DNA of 63,393 nucleotides, filler included, from Pseudovirgaria hyperparasitica (GCA_010093815.1; 4 parts of 4 records of this genome joined end to end with filler, not necessarily neighbours in it), one strand, 5' to 3'; positions 49,766 to 63,393 are shown, counted from the whole stretch's first letter. Notes: generated by a model from the sequence alone, not told the origin. Numbers and translations: made by a program.

Positions 49766-51545
49766 CTAGCCCACCTGCGTTATCCAAGTTACGATGGTGA
49801 CCACAGGAGGCGGCGTAAAATCTGCTGTTAGGGTAACCACCAAGTTTACGATTCCACCGTCTGGTGGGGACTCTTTCGATGGGGAAGGCTGCAGTGGCTC
49901 GCTGCCGGAGTTTACGTTTACTACAACGCCTGTTGGTTGATCAACCTGACTGATACTAGAAGGATTTGTCGACGGCGTCAGTCGTTTGCAGCCTGTCAGA
50001 TCGATGTTTTGAATTCCCGTGCTTAGGGCCGAGATATGGTCCGGTAGACTTGCATTCTCTTCTCCAAAACTCCACGCCATCGCGCCACCTAAGCATTTGT
50101 CTTTTACTATGTGATCTATCTTTAGCTGCACATACTTTATTGGGTCCCACGTCCAGAATAGAGCATCAGTCGGATCAAAGTAAGTGTATCCGCCAGCGTG
50201 ACCGTCATCTATAGGATCTGCGAGCGCGGCTTTCCAGGATTTCCAGAGGTCAGGACCTTGGCAGCTGTCGGAGCCGCTATATGGAGGGTTGCATCTACCA
50301 TAGCCACAGTGCTCGGGAGTGTCGCCACTAGAACTTGAGTTAGTTCTCTAGAGCATTAACAACGGCATCGTACACACCACCAGCCCTTGCTGGAGCAGCA
50401 GAAGCCCGGACTACATTTGGCTCCTGTACCAGGGCCGCAGCGCCCACCATCCGGCACAGAGAAGCTCTGAGGGACGTCTAACGTGTTCTTCATTTCGAAA
50501 GTCATGGAGCCGGATTGAAGGGTATCTGCTCCTTGGCTGTCTTCCAGGGCAAACGTATCGCAGCCAAGCCCACCTAGCTGAGTACAGATGCCGCTCACAT
50601 GAGCCCACTTAGCATACAGTGCAAACCCGAGATTGATCTTGCCCGAAAGCAGTCCTTTTTCGAGATATGCGTTCGCTGTAGCCAAGGTGCCCTCCACCGA
50701 GGAGTGATGGGCGGTGATGTTATCTCGTCGATTGTAAAGGTCATATGTCATTAGATTGACGAAGTCCACGGAGTCAAATATCGTTTTAGCCTTGGCACTG
50801 TCTTCGAAGACAAGCATGTCACTAGGCCTTCCTGGAACTGCAATGGACAAATGTTTTCCGTCGGGTGATAGATCGGCGTGAATAGCCTGGAGAAGCTTGA
50901 CGTAACCGTCCGTTTCACAGAGCAAACGGTCTGCGGCCTGTGGGTTACTCTTGTAGTCAACAGTATTCCCGCCTGGATATTCCCAGTCGATATCTACGGT
51001 GATCAATAGCATTCCAACAGGAAGTTTGAAGAGACTTGCTTACCAACTCCATCGAATTGATGGTTTTCAAATATGGGGAAATCGCCATAGAGAACTCTGT
51101 GGAGATTCTGTACGAACAGAGACAGACTAGCGTCGCTCTCTATGGTCTTCCGCCAACCGATTTCGGGGTCGTCGTTCCATCCGCCAACCGCAAGACTGAC
51201 TTGGACATCGGGGCAATTCACTTTCAGGCTTTTCAACGCACTGACATGCCATTTATGGCCAGGTTCATCATCCGTCCACAGTGGATCGAATGTTTCGTTG
51301 TTAAGGTGGTGGCTTAGCATGAACGACAATATGACATGCGTGATGCCTTTGGAACGGATCAAATCCATCGAGGCATCTGGATGCCACCTGATGCCCGTTT
51401 AGTATGGTGCGCCGCCTGAAGTTGCTTGAGGATATGCTTACTGATCATAGTACATGACCAATCGAGGTGACCGAGCATCTTGCTGGGACACGCTTCTTGC
51501 TATGCCTAAGAAGGTCAGAATCACTGGGAGAGCAAACTTTAGCAT
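49766..51545 (-). CDS. Secreted GH18 chitinase with inserted CBM18/hevein-like module, 4 exons
   Basis: MLKFALPVILTFLGIARS signal peptide; introns 51388-51441, 50994-51043 and ~50328-50377 restore one frame; SLAVGGW, DGVDIDWEYPG, NLMTYD, RCGPGTGAKC...CCSSKGWCG, LGGAMAWS. Confidence 0.92.
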
Positions 51546-51974
51546 GACTTTTGAAGATGCTGCAGTGTTACACTTGAGAGAAGGGGTTTAGATATGGCGC
51601 ACGAAGCTCAGTGGAAGAGGGGAACGAGGTTAAGGCGTGCATTTCAGAGTATGTGTGACACCTCATCAATCCGTTGGGGGATAGACAGGGGCGCAACGTG
51701 TGCAGCGTCTTGAGCGCCCTTTCACATTACGGCTATTTTTAGTACCAGGAAGAAAAATGGGCCGGACCACGACCAGTGCTACCATTATGAGAATGTCGCG
51801 CCGCGCGAGGACAGATGAAACTGGATGGTGTGGATAACAGTCAACACAAGGAGAGTGGCGTGAAATGTCAGGATCAATCACGCAAGGGTAGTGGACAGGT
51901 AAGCCTACCTTATATAGATTCGTCTCACCATACGCTTCGAGTAGTTACATGCTAACAACGAGTTACTGACAAGC

Positions 51975-52373
51975 ATGGCTGCTCCCACGGTCCATTTATT
52001 ACCTCAAATTGTCAGATCAATTTCTCGAGGGCCTACCGAGTAGAGATATCAATCATTACCCGTTACGAAGATCATCTTCTAACATGTATGCAATGCAAAC
52101 CCAGGCGTCTTGTCTTCTGCCCTGGGGGCTCGCACCTTACTAAAGACCTTTGACACGGGAGATGGAGAACTTCTTTATCGTATAACTCCAAAGCTAGCAC
52201 ATCATGTCCGAGTCGAACTAGAGCCTGGGTGGATAGAGATCCGTAGACTTTTCGGTCTTCCCTTCGTGGGGCGACGAAAGAATCAGAGATGGGGCTATCG
52301 CTATGTACTTGCAGGGATGGACATTCACAGTCTTCAGTTACCGAATGCGGGAATTATGCAATGGCTTCCCTGA
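51975..52373 (+). pseudogene. Frameshifted paralog of 35-433
   Basis: ATG 51975; 1-nt loss near 52043 and a short deletion near 52128 relative to the scaffold A copy. Confidence 0.7.
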
Positions 52374-52623
52374 CGCCCATACAGGCGGTCTCAGTCTGTC
52401 GCATTGTTAGTAACATGTCATGTGTCCCTATTGGCACACAAGCAAGGCAGGGTCGAGACCCGATTCCGGGCCATTGAGGGCGCACTGCTATTTTCAAGTC
52501 TAAGACTAAATTTGGGCCAGCGCAAGATGTACATGACGAGAATCATATAAGCTTCGTAGAGAAAGTAGCAATATCACTTCAACTACAACCCTCGTAGTCA
52601 CTGGGTCACTCCTGCGATTTGAC

Positions 52624-53276
52624 ATGTCTATTCAGGCGGAAACGAAACGACACACTATCTGGCCTGGAAGCAGCTCCAGCTCGTCTCTTAGTGACCACAA
52701 GGATGAACAGCACACTCAAATCCTAGAGATCACCGAGGTATCAAGGCCAAAACGCATACGCCAACGGAGCTTTGTGTCTGATTCTCGAAACCCGAGGGAT
52801 TTGCGACTTGTGCCCGAGAAATTCTCTGCCCTTCAGCCACGCGGCCAAATCCCCATATCGTCGCTATCACCATGGTCGTCGTACGAGAGTCTCTATCGGA
52901 TAGAGCTTTGTGGTGCTGTTGCTGTTGTCCGGAAGCTTACAGGATCAAGAGCTTTGTATATGATCAAAAGTACCAGAGACGCAAGTCGTGCTCTGGAAGC
53001 CTCGCAGGTACGCAGACACCCCAACATCTGTCAGATATAAGAGATCTTCAATCACGACGACGCTTCATATATTGTCCTGGAAAACATGGCTATTTCCCTA
53101 GGCCATATGGTCGGGTGCCCCAGGAGTATAAAGGAGAAGGAGCTGGCCATCATTGCAAAACAGGTTTGGATGACTCTTGATGTCCGTAGCTGCAAAGCTG
53201 ATACTGGCCATAGACGCTTGATGCTTTGTTATTTCTGCAATCGCAGAACGTGACATTCCTTGTGACTTGCTCTAAT
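52624..53276 (+). pseudogene. Degenerate protein-kinase-like gene, one in-frame stop, runs into gap
   Basis: SPWSSYESLY...YMIK...RHPNICQI*EIF...YIVLENMAISL...KELAIIAKQ, intron ~53164-53213, TLDALLFL; TAA at 53038-53040. Confidence 0.7.
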
Positions 53277-54448
53277 NNNNNNNNNNNNNNNNNNNNNNNN
53301 NNNNNNNNNNNNNNNNNNNNNNNNNNNNNNNNNNNNNNNNNNNNNNNNNNNNNNNNNNNNNNNNNNNNNNNNNNNNNNNNNNNNNNNNNNNNNNNNNNNN
53401 NNNNNNNNNNNNNNNNNNNNNNNNNNNNNNNNNNNNNNNNNNNNNNNNNNNNNNNNNNNNNNNNNNNNNNNNNNNNNNNNNNNNNNNNNNNNNNNNNNNN
53501 NNNNNNNNNNNNNNNNNNNNNNNNNNNNNNNNNNNNNNNNNNNNNNNNNNNNNNNNNNNNNNNNNNNNNNNNNNNNNNNNNNNNNNNNNNNNNNNNNNNN
53601 NNNNNNNNNNNNNNNNNNNNNNNNNNNNNNNNNNNNNNNNNNNNNNNNNNNNNNNNNNNNNNNNNNNNNNNNNNNNNNNNNNNNNNNNNNNNNNNNNNNN
53701 NNNNNNNNNNNNNNNNNNNNNNNNNNNNNNNNNNNNNNNNNNNNNNNNNNNNNNNNNNNNNNNNNNNNNNNNNNNNNNNNNNNNNNNNNNNNNNNNNNNN
53801 NNNNNNNNNNNNNNNNNNNNNNNNNNNNNNNNNNNNNNNNNNNNNNNNNNNNNNNNNNNNNNNNNNNNNNNNNNNNNNNNNNNNNNNNNNNNNNNNNNNN
53901 NNNNNNNNNNNNNNNNNNNNNNNNNNNNNNNNNNNNNNNAGTCAGTGTACGACCCGAATAAGCGACGTAAGCTGTCTTCGGGCCTTGCTCAATCTGCTTC
54001 GTTGCCAGATTCCCAAGTTCCCCCAGCCCCAGAGCTTGTCGGGGGACAACGAGATACCATTTCTCAATCCATAGGCCTGGCGGCACGTAACGACCAAGAA
54101 TCCACGCTAGATCCAAAAAGCCGGTCATTCGTGAATGGCGCCCAGCAAGGCAGATTCCTACCACGAAAGGCCCGTGCGACCAGCCAGCGAACAGTAGAGG
54201 TGTGCCTGTTCAATGACTCAAAATGGGACCGCCATCTCTTGCCCCGCTACCATGTGATTGACGAGAATGAGGAGCTGTGAGGGCCTGCGCGAATGCGTCA
54301 ACTTTTTATTAGACTGCCAAATGGGAATAGTATACAACAGCTGGCGTGTAAATTATTTGTAAAGCGTGATGCTTTCATGCTGAGATAATCCCTTACGGAA
54401 TGAAACTTGTAGTATAGAAAACATACCTTAAAGTATCCAAACTAATAT

Positions 54449-54528
54449 GCTGAGCCATGACAGTACTGAGTCGGTATCACTGAGTCGAGCTCCATGCCCT
54501 TATTGAGCCATGCCCTTACTGAGCCATG
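54449..54528. promoter_or_regulatory. Third CTGAG(C/T)C motif cluster
   Basis: Five copies at 54449, 54465, 54479, 54502, 54518. Confidence 0.4.
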
Positions 54529-54891
54529 CCTCGCGCTCTGGATCTTCGATAGTTGCAATAGCCACAGCTGCCATCGCATCAACTTGTCCAACGCTACAAA
54601 GAGCGTGCTAAGACTCTAAAAATACTATTAAGCGGGCTGGATGGCCTTCTCATCATTCTCGACACACAATTTGTTGTTGTACAGTGCGCAAACGACTGGT
54701 GGGTCAGGCTCCGAGAAGAGTTCTGATTGATCGGGATGCAGTCTTCGTGCTAGGTTCCATGATATGACGTATCTACTTGGGCGAGTCCGGAATGTCACTT
54801 GCGGCCCATACTATACCGTGGTCGGCTTGGAACGTTTCTGGTGCTATGTAATTTTATTGACGAGATTTCTACCTCGTTAATAGGTTTATGG

Positions 54892-55045
54892 TCAACGACA
54901 TCTTTATCATTCAACGACATCTTTATCATTCAACGACATCTTTATCATTCAACGACATCTTTATCATTCAACGACATCTTTATCAAATCAACGACATCTT
55001 TATCAAATCAATGACATCTTTATCATTCAACGACATCTTTATCAT
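54892..55045. repeat. 19-20 bp minisatellite, 8 units
   Basis: TCAACGACATCTTTATCAT head-to-tail, two units ending AAA, one with C>T. Confidence 0.95.
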
Positions 55046-56488
55046 ATCTGCTACCATTTCCTATGACCCGGGTCGGTGCTCCAGCCCAAGCTCCAAACAT
55101 ATTTCCGCCGCCTTTGATGAGTCGCGAGTCTCTAGACGCTAGGCACTAATGCATACGTTATCCATCCAGCACTATTATCAGAGTCTTAGCTTCCTTCCAT
55201 TGGTCGTAGAGTCTAAGAATAAGGGCTTCCTTCCACATTTGTACCCGGAGTAGGAGAGAAGGGGGCATAGGCTGACTTTCTGCTAAAGTGGCAGAGAGTA
55301 AATCCAGCAGCTTATGCGTCTGCTCGGTATGCCCAGGTAAGAATCCCGGCAACCGGCCTGGGGCGAGGCTCGCAGAACCGCAATGATCAGGAGTGGCGAG
55401 CACGACATACCTAGGCTGGCTACACTATTCTCGCTGCGTCGCAGGGTTGGCGACGGTTATGGCGCATGAGGGCCGACAATCCTTGTGTTATAACAAGCGG
55501 ATGTTCAATCACCTGTAATTTGTGGGCTCTTGCCGGCCCCTCTTTGCACAACTGATCCGTGGCGAGTAGTCTCTTTTGACGGCATGACGACCGTTGAGGG
55601 CTTGGACGTGCGGCTACTCCGTGTGTAGGCCATGGATAGCTTTTCCCAGATGCTTACTGCCCTTCGTTCGAGTTTAGAGGCGCGTCAGGTCATCACTAGA
55701 GTAAGTAAGAGTCGACCTTGCCCTGGCAGCGGCCATGGGTGCAGTCAGCGATCGTGGTATTTGTCCCTAACCCCATCCACTATCACCGGACCACCCCTTG
55801 AGCTACATGAAGAGCTGCTGGGCGAGGTAACTCGGTAAGGTCATGGCATACAATCCAGATGATTCGCGATCATCGTAGGCGAAAACCAAGAACTTCCGAG
55901 CCCACGCTGTCAATAATAAGTAGCTAATTGTCGTGACGTAGGACAGCTGTAGGAAGACGTAGCAAGCTAATAACTACTCAACATTGACGCCATCTCCGAG
56001 AGTTTTGCCATCTACCGTGGACGACCCGTAGCGAATTCTGTGATCCTTCGATGGAGAAATGGGCATGCACACAGTGGGAAGTATCGATGGATCATGCCTG
56101 ATGCCACACGCCCTCTCTTGGTTCCTGCAGTGATGAGAGCTACAGGGCGCGCAGGACGCCTCTCTGGGATATCGACGTTTGAGGCTCAGTAAGCAGGCAA
56201 CCAGTGGACCGACTTCTAGGCGAGTCTTCGTACTTTACGGCACTGTAACAAGATCTACTAAGCTGGTCAGCAGTGAGCCTTTCGACTGTCTTTAATTTGC
56301 TGTCCAGGATTCTAGACTGCCAAGACTTTGGCGAGTAAACAATGGCGCCAGTGTGCGCTATGGCGGAGGACTCAGTAAACAATACAGTGCTTGTTCTCCA
56401 TCAATCACAGCGTCCGCTAGTGATTATTTCTACTATCTTTGAGAAACTCTTGTACCACCCAGGAGTTTATCGCCACCTTCTAGACAAC

Positions 56489-56900
56489 ATGACTACAGAG
56501 GCACGAATTCTTGAAGCAACACGCCGTCTTAATGAGGTGACATTCAAAACACCCCACTCACCACACAGGGGAGTAAGTGAATTAGCAGCAGGGTTCTCGC
56601 CCTCCGAGACTCTCAGTTTAGAGTCTCTAATATGCTCTATACGCGACAGAGATACTCGCAGCTCACAGGACAAGATCTCGATTCTTGAAAGCGCCGAGGA
56701 GATTGTACGGCAATTGGAGAGCCCAGACGAGCGAGCAATGGAACTTCTCATGTCATTCTCCATCGTACCAGAGCCGTCAGCCCTTACTAAGCTATCGGAA
56801 AAATCACATCACTAAGATTTCGTCAGACTAGGGAGCGGCACTATTGCCAAATTATGTCTGTTGATTGGCTCCATCGTCCATGGAGGAATGATTGAGCTAG
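56489..56900 (+). pseudogene. Gene fragment resembling the N-terminus of fungal O-methyltransferases
   Basis: ILESAEEIVRQLESPDERAMELL helix pattern; no SAM-binding motif follows. Confidence 0.3.
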
Positions 56901-57744
56901 TTGGTTCGTGATATCTTGGTAGCCGGAAACACTGTCAGGGAGGGTTCCAAAGAAGAATGGACTTCTAGCCTGATACAAGGATATGCTAAACTTCATCCTG
57001 CCTTCTAGATATGTGTTTTGACCCCGCACTAGAACTTGTCCTCCATTGAGGAATTGGGATAGCTGTCCGCTGTGCATACGATATCCCATTGTAGCCCGAT
57101 GCACAATCCCTAGGGACGCCTTCAAGATGATCAATTCTCCAGTTGCTCACCATCCGAAAAGAAGAGAAAAGATGTCGAATGCAAGTAGACCGAGAGAACT
57201 GACGCCTTTGCGTCCTTTGCCAGGAGGCTACCGCGAGCTAGGAGATGCCTATACGGAGATTCTCTCTCACTACGCCTTGTCTGAGAATTCGGATCAAGCA
57301 TCGATGACCGTGAAGAACGAGAAGAGTTGCAGTGGGAGCGAGACCGCTTCTGGTCAAGCTGCCAGGCAAAATCATTCCTTGCAGCAGAGATTCAAGCCGT
57401 GGTAGAGAACCTTCGTCAGATCCTAGCCGACTTCGACCGGCTTGTCACACCAGAAGATGCTCTGAGCCAGCCTAGAGACTTGCCTCGGAGCGAGAGCGAT
57501 GAATGGGAACCCGGACTAAATAAAGTTAGTAGGGAGTCGACTGTATGTATCAACGACATAACGCACCATGGCGTCCCTACAACTTGATAAGCTTCGCTGG
57601 AAGATTGTTTTTCCGCGCCTTATCGAATGTGGGATGACTCAGCACGCTCTCTCCTCATCTGTTCAACGGACACCTCAGACCTCTCTCATATATACACACA
57701 CCTACGAGACCGTTTTGGGACCTACACCATCGACCTAGAGCGAG

Positions 57745-59676
57745 ATGCTCCATACGGCGACTTCAGAGAGCTTCGTATCAGTCCCATCTAAGCTTTTTAA
57801 CCGTATGCGAAACCATTGCGAGAATTGCAGTGCCTTCAACTACTCTTTACAAGCTTCTCCCCATGAACAACTCAGCTTTCCAACAAAGTCATCGTCAAAG
57901 AAACGAAGAGCTCCACAAGACATTGAGCTAACAGAAGAGCATTCGACCAACCATCTAGCGCTTGCACGGCTTGAAACTGATGCCATCGGGCTGCGGCCGC
58001 TTTCGCAAACGCTGTCTACAGTGTCTCACTCACAGTCACCACGGTCGGGACCAGCAAAAACCCCATCACAAACAGTATCGAGAAATTGGCTGCCAGAGAT
58101 GTCACGGAGCGCTAAAGCATACAATCGATTCATTCATAATGCACCAGAAGGAAGAAAATGGCGTGCAAAGCAGGTGGCCTTGGGACTCAATACAGAAGAA
58201 GATTACGAAAACGTTGTTAAAGCATTTTCTCGGCGTGCAGGGTTTTCACCCAAAAGTAAAAGCCCTGTTTATGTCCAAGAGTCAGGAAACGACCTCGTTG
58301 TGGCAGGACAGAACTTGGCTGCTCTTACGCTTTCATCCCTGCAGGAGTTAGGTCTGCAGAGGTCATTCGCATATTTTACCGTGTTTATCTTTCTTTCTTA
58401 CTGCCACGTGCTCCGGAAGAAGGGCTTTTCTCACCAAGAAGTCGATGACCTCGTCAAAATTGTCACACCCTTAAGAGAGCGTGATCGGAACCAGCTGTTG
58501 GACACAATCCCATGGATTCATCGGCTAATTGTTCGGCTTGTTCGCAGTGGCTGGGCACTTCAACGAGCGTCGGAGCTATTCTTTATAAGTATGCTATATG
58601 TCCTCTTTATCAACGACGCGTTAACGTGCCAGTCTACAGATGCTCTATCCACTACTGACCTCTTTCACATTCGAAGTGATGGAAATTTCCAATCTATTCT
58701 CGAACACTTTTCTAAGGACATCTTCGTCAATTATAGTTACGAGAATTGCTTGAGTCCTAGCTATACTATTCCGGGACTCATTGCTTCGTACCTAGACTGG
58801 GCTAAAGTGGGGATAACAATACCGTGCGAGTCCCAATTAAGTGCAAACACATAGTGTTAACAAGGTCCTAGGCTTGTCGAACTATACAGTACTTTGGGTT
58901 ACGATTTGCCAGATCTACCATCATCGATAGAAGGAATCCATATTGTTTATCCGTGCCTAAATTGTGTCGAACCTTTGGACGTTGCGGATGTAGCACATTT
59001 TGAGAACGTAACATACGATTCTTTTCATGCAGGTAAAAATCCATCCTCGTACTCTATTTAATACAAAGATTAACTATAATTAGCTACTAACCAGGGCCGC
59101 ACTGATAGTAGCGGAAGAACAAACGTGCAGAATCTCGATAGGTCTTATTATGCTGAGACTGGGGCAAGACAAGGGCACCGACATCGCAAATACACCATGG
59201 TTCTGCCTGCTAGCAATATGAGGCCGCCACTTCAAATACGAAATGAAATAAAGGTTCCAGATTCTGCACAGTCAGTTCGGTTCGCTGTAGAAGGAAACAT
59301 TGACGGCTTGAAGTTACTTTTTAGCCAAGGACTCGCTGCTCCGACAGCCGTGAGCAATACTCGGGAATTTAGTTTAGTAAGAGTAGGTCTCATCACCTTC
59401 CGGCTATTAATTACCACGTTGCCGAGATGTTACTAAGCGCAATATTAGTGGGCACTCTACGGCGGAATGCACAATTTTGAGACCGTGAAGTTCCTCCTTA
59501 ATCATGGGGCGTTCGTCGATGATGAGTAGGTACCAAAGTTCGCTGTCTTAATAAGACTACTATTAGTAACCGATTTTCAGGTCATATCATCATGTATGGG
59601 ATTATGCATATCGCCATAAATGTACCATTAGGGAGCTAAACGAGCTTCGTTGCATTACAATGAACCCTCCGGACAA
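57745..59676 (+). CDS. Multi-exon hypothetical protein with C-terminal ankyrin repeats, cut by scaffold end
   Basis: Long first exon; GT-AG introns near 58589-58639, 59033-59083, 59383-59448, 59526-59580; VRFAVEGNIDGLKLLFSQG and WALYGGMHNFETVKFLLNHGA. Confidence 0.7.
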
Positions 59677-59776
59677 NNNNNNNNNNNNNNNNNNNNNNNN
59701 NNNNNNNNNNNNNNNNNNNNTTAATTAATTAANNNNNNNNNNNNNNNNNNNNNNNNNNNNNNNNNNNNNNNNNNNN
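59677..59776. other. Artificial scaffold linker
   Basis: 44N-TTAATTAATTAA-44N. Confidence 0.97.
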
Positions 59777-62700
59777 TAAGATAGAGGAGATACTAAAGGT
59801 AAAGTAGATTAACTAGATAGAAAGAGATAGACGCTAGAAAGAAGAGCTCTACTTCTATTATAGAGTATTAGGATACTAGATTAAAGGCTATCTATATACT
59901 AACCCCTCCTTAACCTCTAAAAGAATTATAAAGATTAATTAAGTTAAAATTATACCTCTATTAGAGATTAAAGATAATCTTATAGATTCTAGTAATAAGT
60001 ACTTAGAAAACGTATAACTCTCTCTTAAAGTTAAGAGTAGAGAATAGAGGATATACTAGTAGATAGATAGACTAAGTTCTAAAGTATAATAGATAGAAAC
60101 CTTATATATACGGACGTAGTTCTCTAAAAAGCTATTAGGACTTTTACGCTTATTAATAAAGGCTACTAGTACTATACTATAATTTAAGAAGACCTAATAG
60201 AAGGTCTAGAACTTCTCTATATAAATTATAGAAAGTATATAATTAAGGGAGTAACGGATATTATAAATAACTCTAAAATTTATAGAGTTATCGCGTTTTA
60301 TATAGAGATAGATAATTATAGATAAGATATCTACGCTTATATAGTATCTAACTTAGTCTTCCCGCTTATCCTTAGAAACCCTTAGAAAGTATATAATAAG
60401 ATATAGACCGCGCCTAATAAGTAACGGTACTACTATGGCTAAGTAAAGCGATAGATAGACGAAGGTCTTAACTACTATAAGCTAGGGACCGCTAAAGAGT
60501 AGATAGACTCTATAAAAGAATATAAGAACTCTAAAGGGGCCCTTATAGTAAACGCGGTATCTATAGAGAATATCTATAAGATACTAGAGAAGAAGAAAGA
60601 GCTATTACTAGAATAGATATAGAAGATACTATCTCTATAACTCTAGAATATAGCTCCGCTATTTTCTAAAAGAGAAGTAGATAAACTCACGCTATACTAA
60701 CTAGATATTAATTATAAAATTAAGATATACGAGAAAGCGGACGGGATACTAATAGACTTACTATAGAGATAGCTATTTAGTATAGTAAAGGATAGGCTCC
60801 TTGTACTAGTAAAACTTCTAAGAGACCTTCTAGTAAAAGGGCTAATTTAGTATACTATATTAGAAGCTATAGCCTCTATATTATTTATAAGAAAGCCTAA
60901 TAGAGGACTCTAGTTCTATTATAACTACCACGCCTTAAATACTATTACTAAGCCCGACTAGTACCCCTTACTACTAATACTAGAGACCCTCTAAAATCTA
61001 ATAGATAATAAATAGTTAACTAAGGTAGATATTATCGCTACCTTCTACTAGATCCGTATAGCCCCTAGTTATAAATATAAAATAGTATTTAGAACTCGGC
61101 TAGGGTTGTTTAAATAGATAGTATACCTATTTAGGTTATTAGGGGCTCTAGTAACCTTCTAATAGTATATTAAGTTCTTACTATAAGAATAGCTAGATAA
61201 CTTCGCTTTAGCCTATATAGATAATATAATTATCTACTTAAATAGATTAAAGGAAGACTACTTTAGTAAAGTATATATTATTCTTTAGAAGCTCTAGGAT
61301 AGAGGCCTCTATCTAGACCCTAGGAAAAGTAAGTTTACTTATAAAAAGATTAAGTACCTTAGATTTATTATATATACTAATAGAAAAGATATAGGCCCTA
61401 ACCTAGAGAAGCTAGAAGTAGTAAAAGACTAGTAGAAGCCGAATACCTAGAAGGAAGTATAATAGTTCCTTAGGTTCTATAACTACTACTAGATATTTAT
61501 TATAAACTATTCTAAGCTAGCTAGGCCTCTTATAGTACTTACTAGTAAGAATACCCTATTCTCCTAGAGAAAGAATAAGAAAGAGTCGTTCTAGTCCCTA
61601 AAGGAGAAGTTCTTAGAGGCCCTAGTTATAGTATACTAGGACCCTTATTAGAAGACGTTCCTTAAGATAGACTATAGTAGGTTTACGCTTAGAGAAGTAC
61701 TACTTTAGAAAAATAAAGGAACTCTTAGATCTATTAGATTTTTCTTATAGAAGCTAAATAAAGTAGAGATTAACTATAATATCTATAATAAGAAGATACT
61801 TACTATAATCTTCTACTTAAAGTTCTAGAACCCTAAGTTAAAAGTATATAGTCCCTTTACTATATAGATAGACTATAAGAATCTTAAATACTTTATAATA
61901 AAGTATTATCTATTAGAATACTAAATATAGTAGTACGAAACCTTATCTAAGTACTAGTTCTCTCTAGTTTACTAACTAGAATCTAAAGTAGTTATCCCTA
62001 ATACTCTATTAAGATAGAAATAAGATACGCTTAGAGTAGATAATAAAGAGTCTAGGTTCCGTAGGTTTCTAGACCCTAAGAATATAAAAGATTAGCCGGT
62101 CCCTAAGGTAAGGCTATTAGTAGTCTATACTATTAACTTACTATTTAAGAATATATTACTAGGGACTAAGTCTATCTATAAAGAGCCGGCTTCCCTAGGA
62201 CCTTTCTAGAACTACTCTCTAAATAATCTATAGGCTATAATAATAGAAAAGGACTTAATATACTAAACTATACTCCGTATAGTAACGGAAGAAGTATAGT
62301 TATTTCTAAGTAAGGTAAAACTAAAAGTCTAAATAGTAGATTATAGTATTAGCTTAGAGGGCTACCTTAACTACTATAGAAAATTATAGGTACTAGGCGC
62401 GAAGGTAACTACGGAAGCCGAGTATAAAGTACTAGGGTCTAGTAATTTAGAAGGGGACGTCCTTTAGACTAAGCTTATCTAGTCTATATATAACTTACTA
62501 CTCTACGGCCACCTAGGCCGAGATTCTACTACTTCTATACTAGTATAAAGCTTCTACTAGCTACTATAGATAAGATACGTAAGGTAGTTTCTATAAAATT
62601 ATAACTACTATAGACGGAATAAGGTATAGCGGGAATAAAAACATAGACTTCTAAAGCCTCTCCCGGTCTCTAATTATTTCTTCTAGAAGATCTTAATAGA

Positions 62701-63393
62701 CTTTATTATTAATCTACCCGGCTTAGAAGGGAACTACTACTTATAGATTATTAAAGACTACCTAAGTAAGACTATAGTATTATAAGCGATATCTACTATA
62801 AAGGTAGAGAAATACGCTAAGGCGTTTATAGATTACTAGATAAAGTACTATAGTATACCCTTAGCGATAACAAGCGATTAAGGAATAAACTAGACTAGCT
62901 ATTTCTAGAAGACCTTCTATAGCCTTACTAGAGTAACCTAAAGACTAAGCTCTATATACTATCCTTAAATAGATAGAGGCCTAGAGAGAATAAACTAGAA
63001 GATATAGAGCTACTTACGAAACTTTATTAATTAGAAATAGTCTAATTAGAAAACCTAGCTTCTAACTATATAACTAGTACTAAACACGCGCTACTAAGTA
63101 GGGCTAGAAATAAGCCTATTCTTTACTATCTATAGATATAATCTACTATCCTCTATATCTCTATAGATAGAAGCTAACTCTAGTTTCTTACTCCCTACTA
63201 AATAAAGAGTAGAAACCTTTATAAAAAAGATAAAGAATATTACTAAGCTATATTAAGCGAATATAGTAGAGGCCGTCTAAAAGTAAGAGAAGTCCACGAA
63301 TAGAAAGTAAACTCTAGTACTAGTATACTATATAGAAGATAAAGTATAGCTTAATTTAAGAAACTATATAATAAGTTAACTAAAGAAGAACCT
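59777..63393 (+). mobile_element. RIPped Gypsy/Ty3 gag-pol of a second family
   Basis: Order gag knuckle, protease, RT (AYIDNIIIY ~61210), RNase H (IYNKKILTI, DYKNLKYF), integrase (GHLGRDST, IDFIINLP, TSD*GIN, YP*IDRG). Confidence 0.93.

Noticed and set aside
53226..54164. 282-aa and 311-aa ORFs
   Set aside because: Artefacts of reading through an N gap.
53945..54440. Minus-strand gene downstream of the third CTGAGCC cluster
   Set aside because: A donor-like GTATGT at ~54426 exists, but no consistent open spliced frame could be built.
54892..55045. CRISPR-like array
   Set aside because: Units are head-to-tail with no unique spacers, there are no cas genes, and the context is eukaryotic.

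Overview
Filamentous-ascomycete DNA made of four unrelated scaffolds joined by 100-nt artificial linkers (44N-TTAATTAATTAA-44N at 17895-17994, 48145-48244, 59677-59776). Scaffolds A (1-17894) and C (48245-59676) are largely non-RIPped accessory-type mosaics that share several duplicated blocks. A carries an apparently intact 780-aa Spok-type protein (coiled-coil/nuclease/Cys-cluster/kinase; candidate meiotic-drive toxin-antidote gene), a homeobox-C2H2 transcription factor, truncated HET, ferric-reductase and NLR pieces, two inverted Tc1-like transposase relics and a solo LTR. C carries an intact secreted GH18 chitinase with an internal hevein-like module, a MADS-like micro-ORF, a kinase-like pseudogene and a partial ankyrin gene. 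The gene set resembles Starship/accessory-chromosome cargo, but no captain recombinase is visible. Scaffold B (17995-48144) is a chromosome end: (CCCTAA)15 followed by heavily RIP-mutated nested elements whose target-site duplications can still be read (LINE within LINE within LINE, plus an 8-kb chromodomain Gypsy element carrying an extra antisense spliced gene), then Copia relics. Scaffold D (59777-63393) is a RIPped Gypsy gag-pol. All family calls come from motif recognition by eye; no database search was run.
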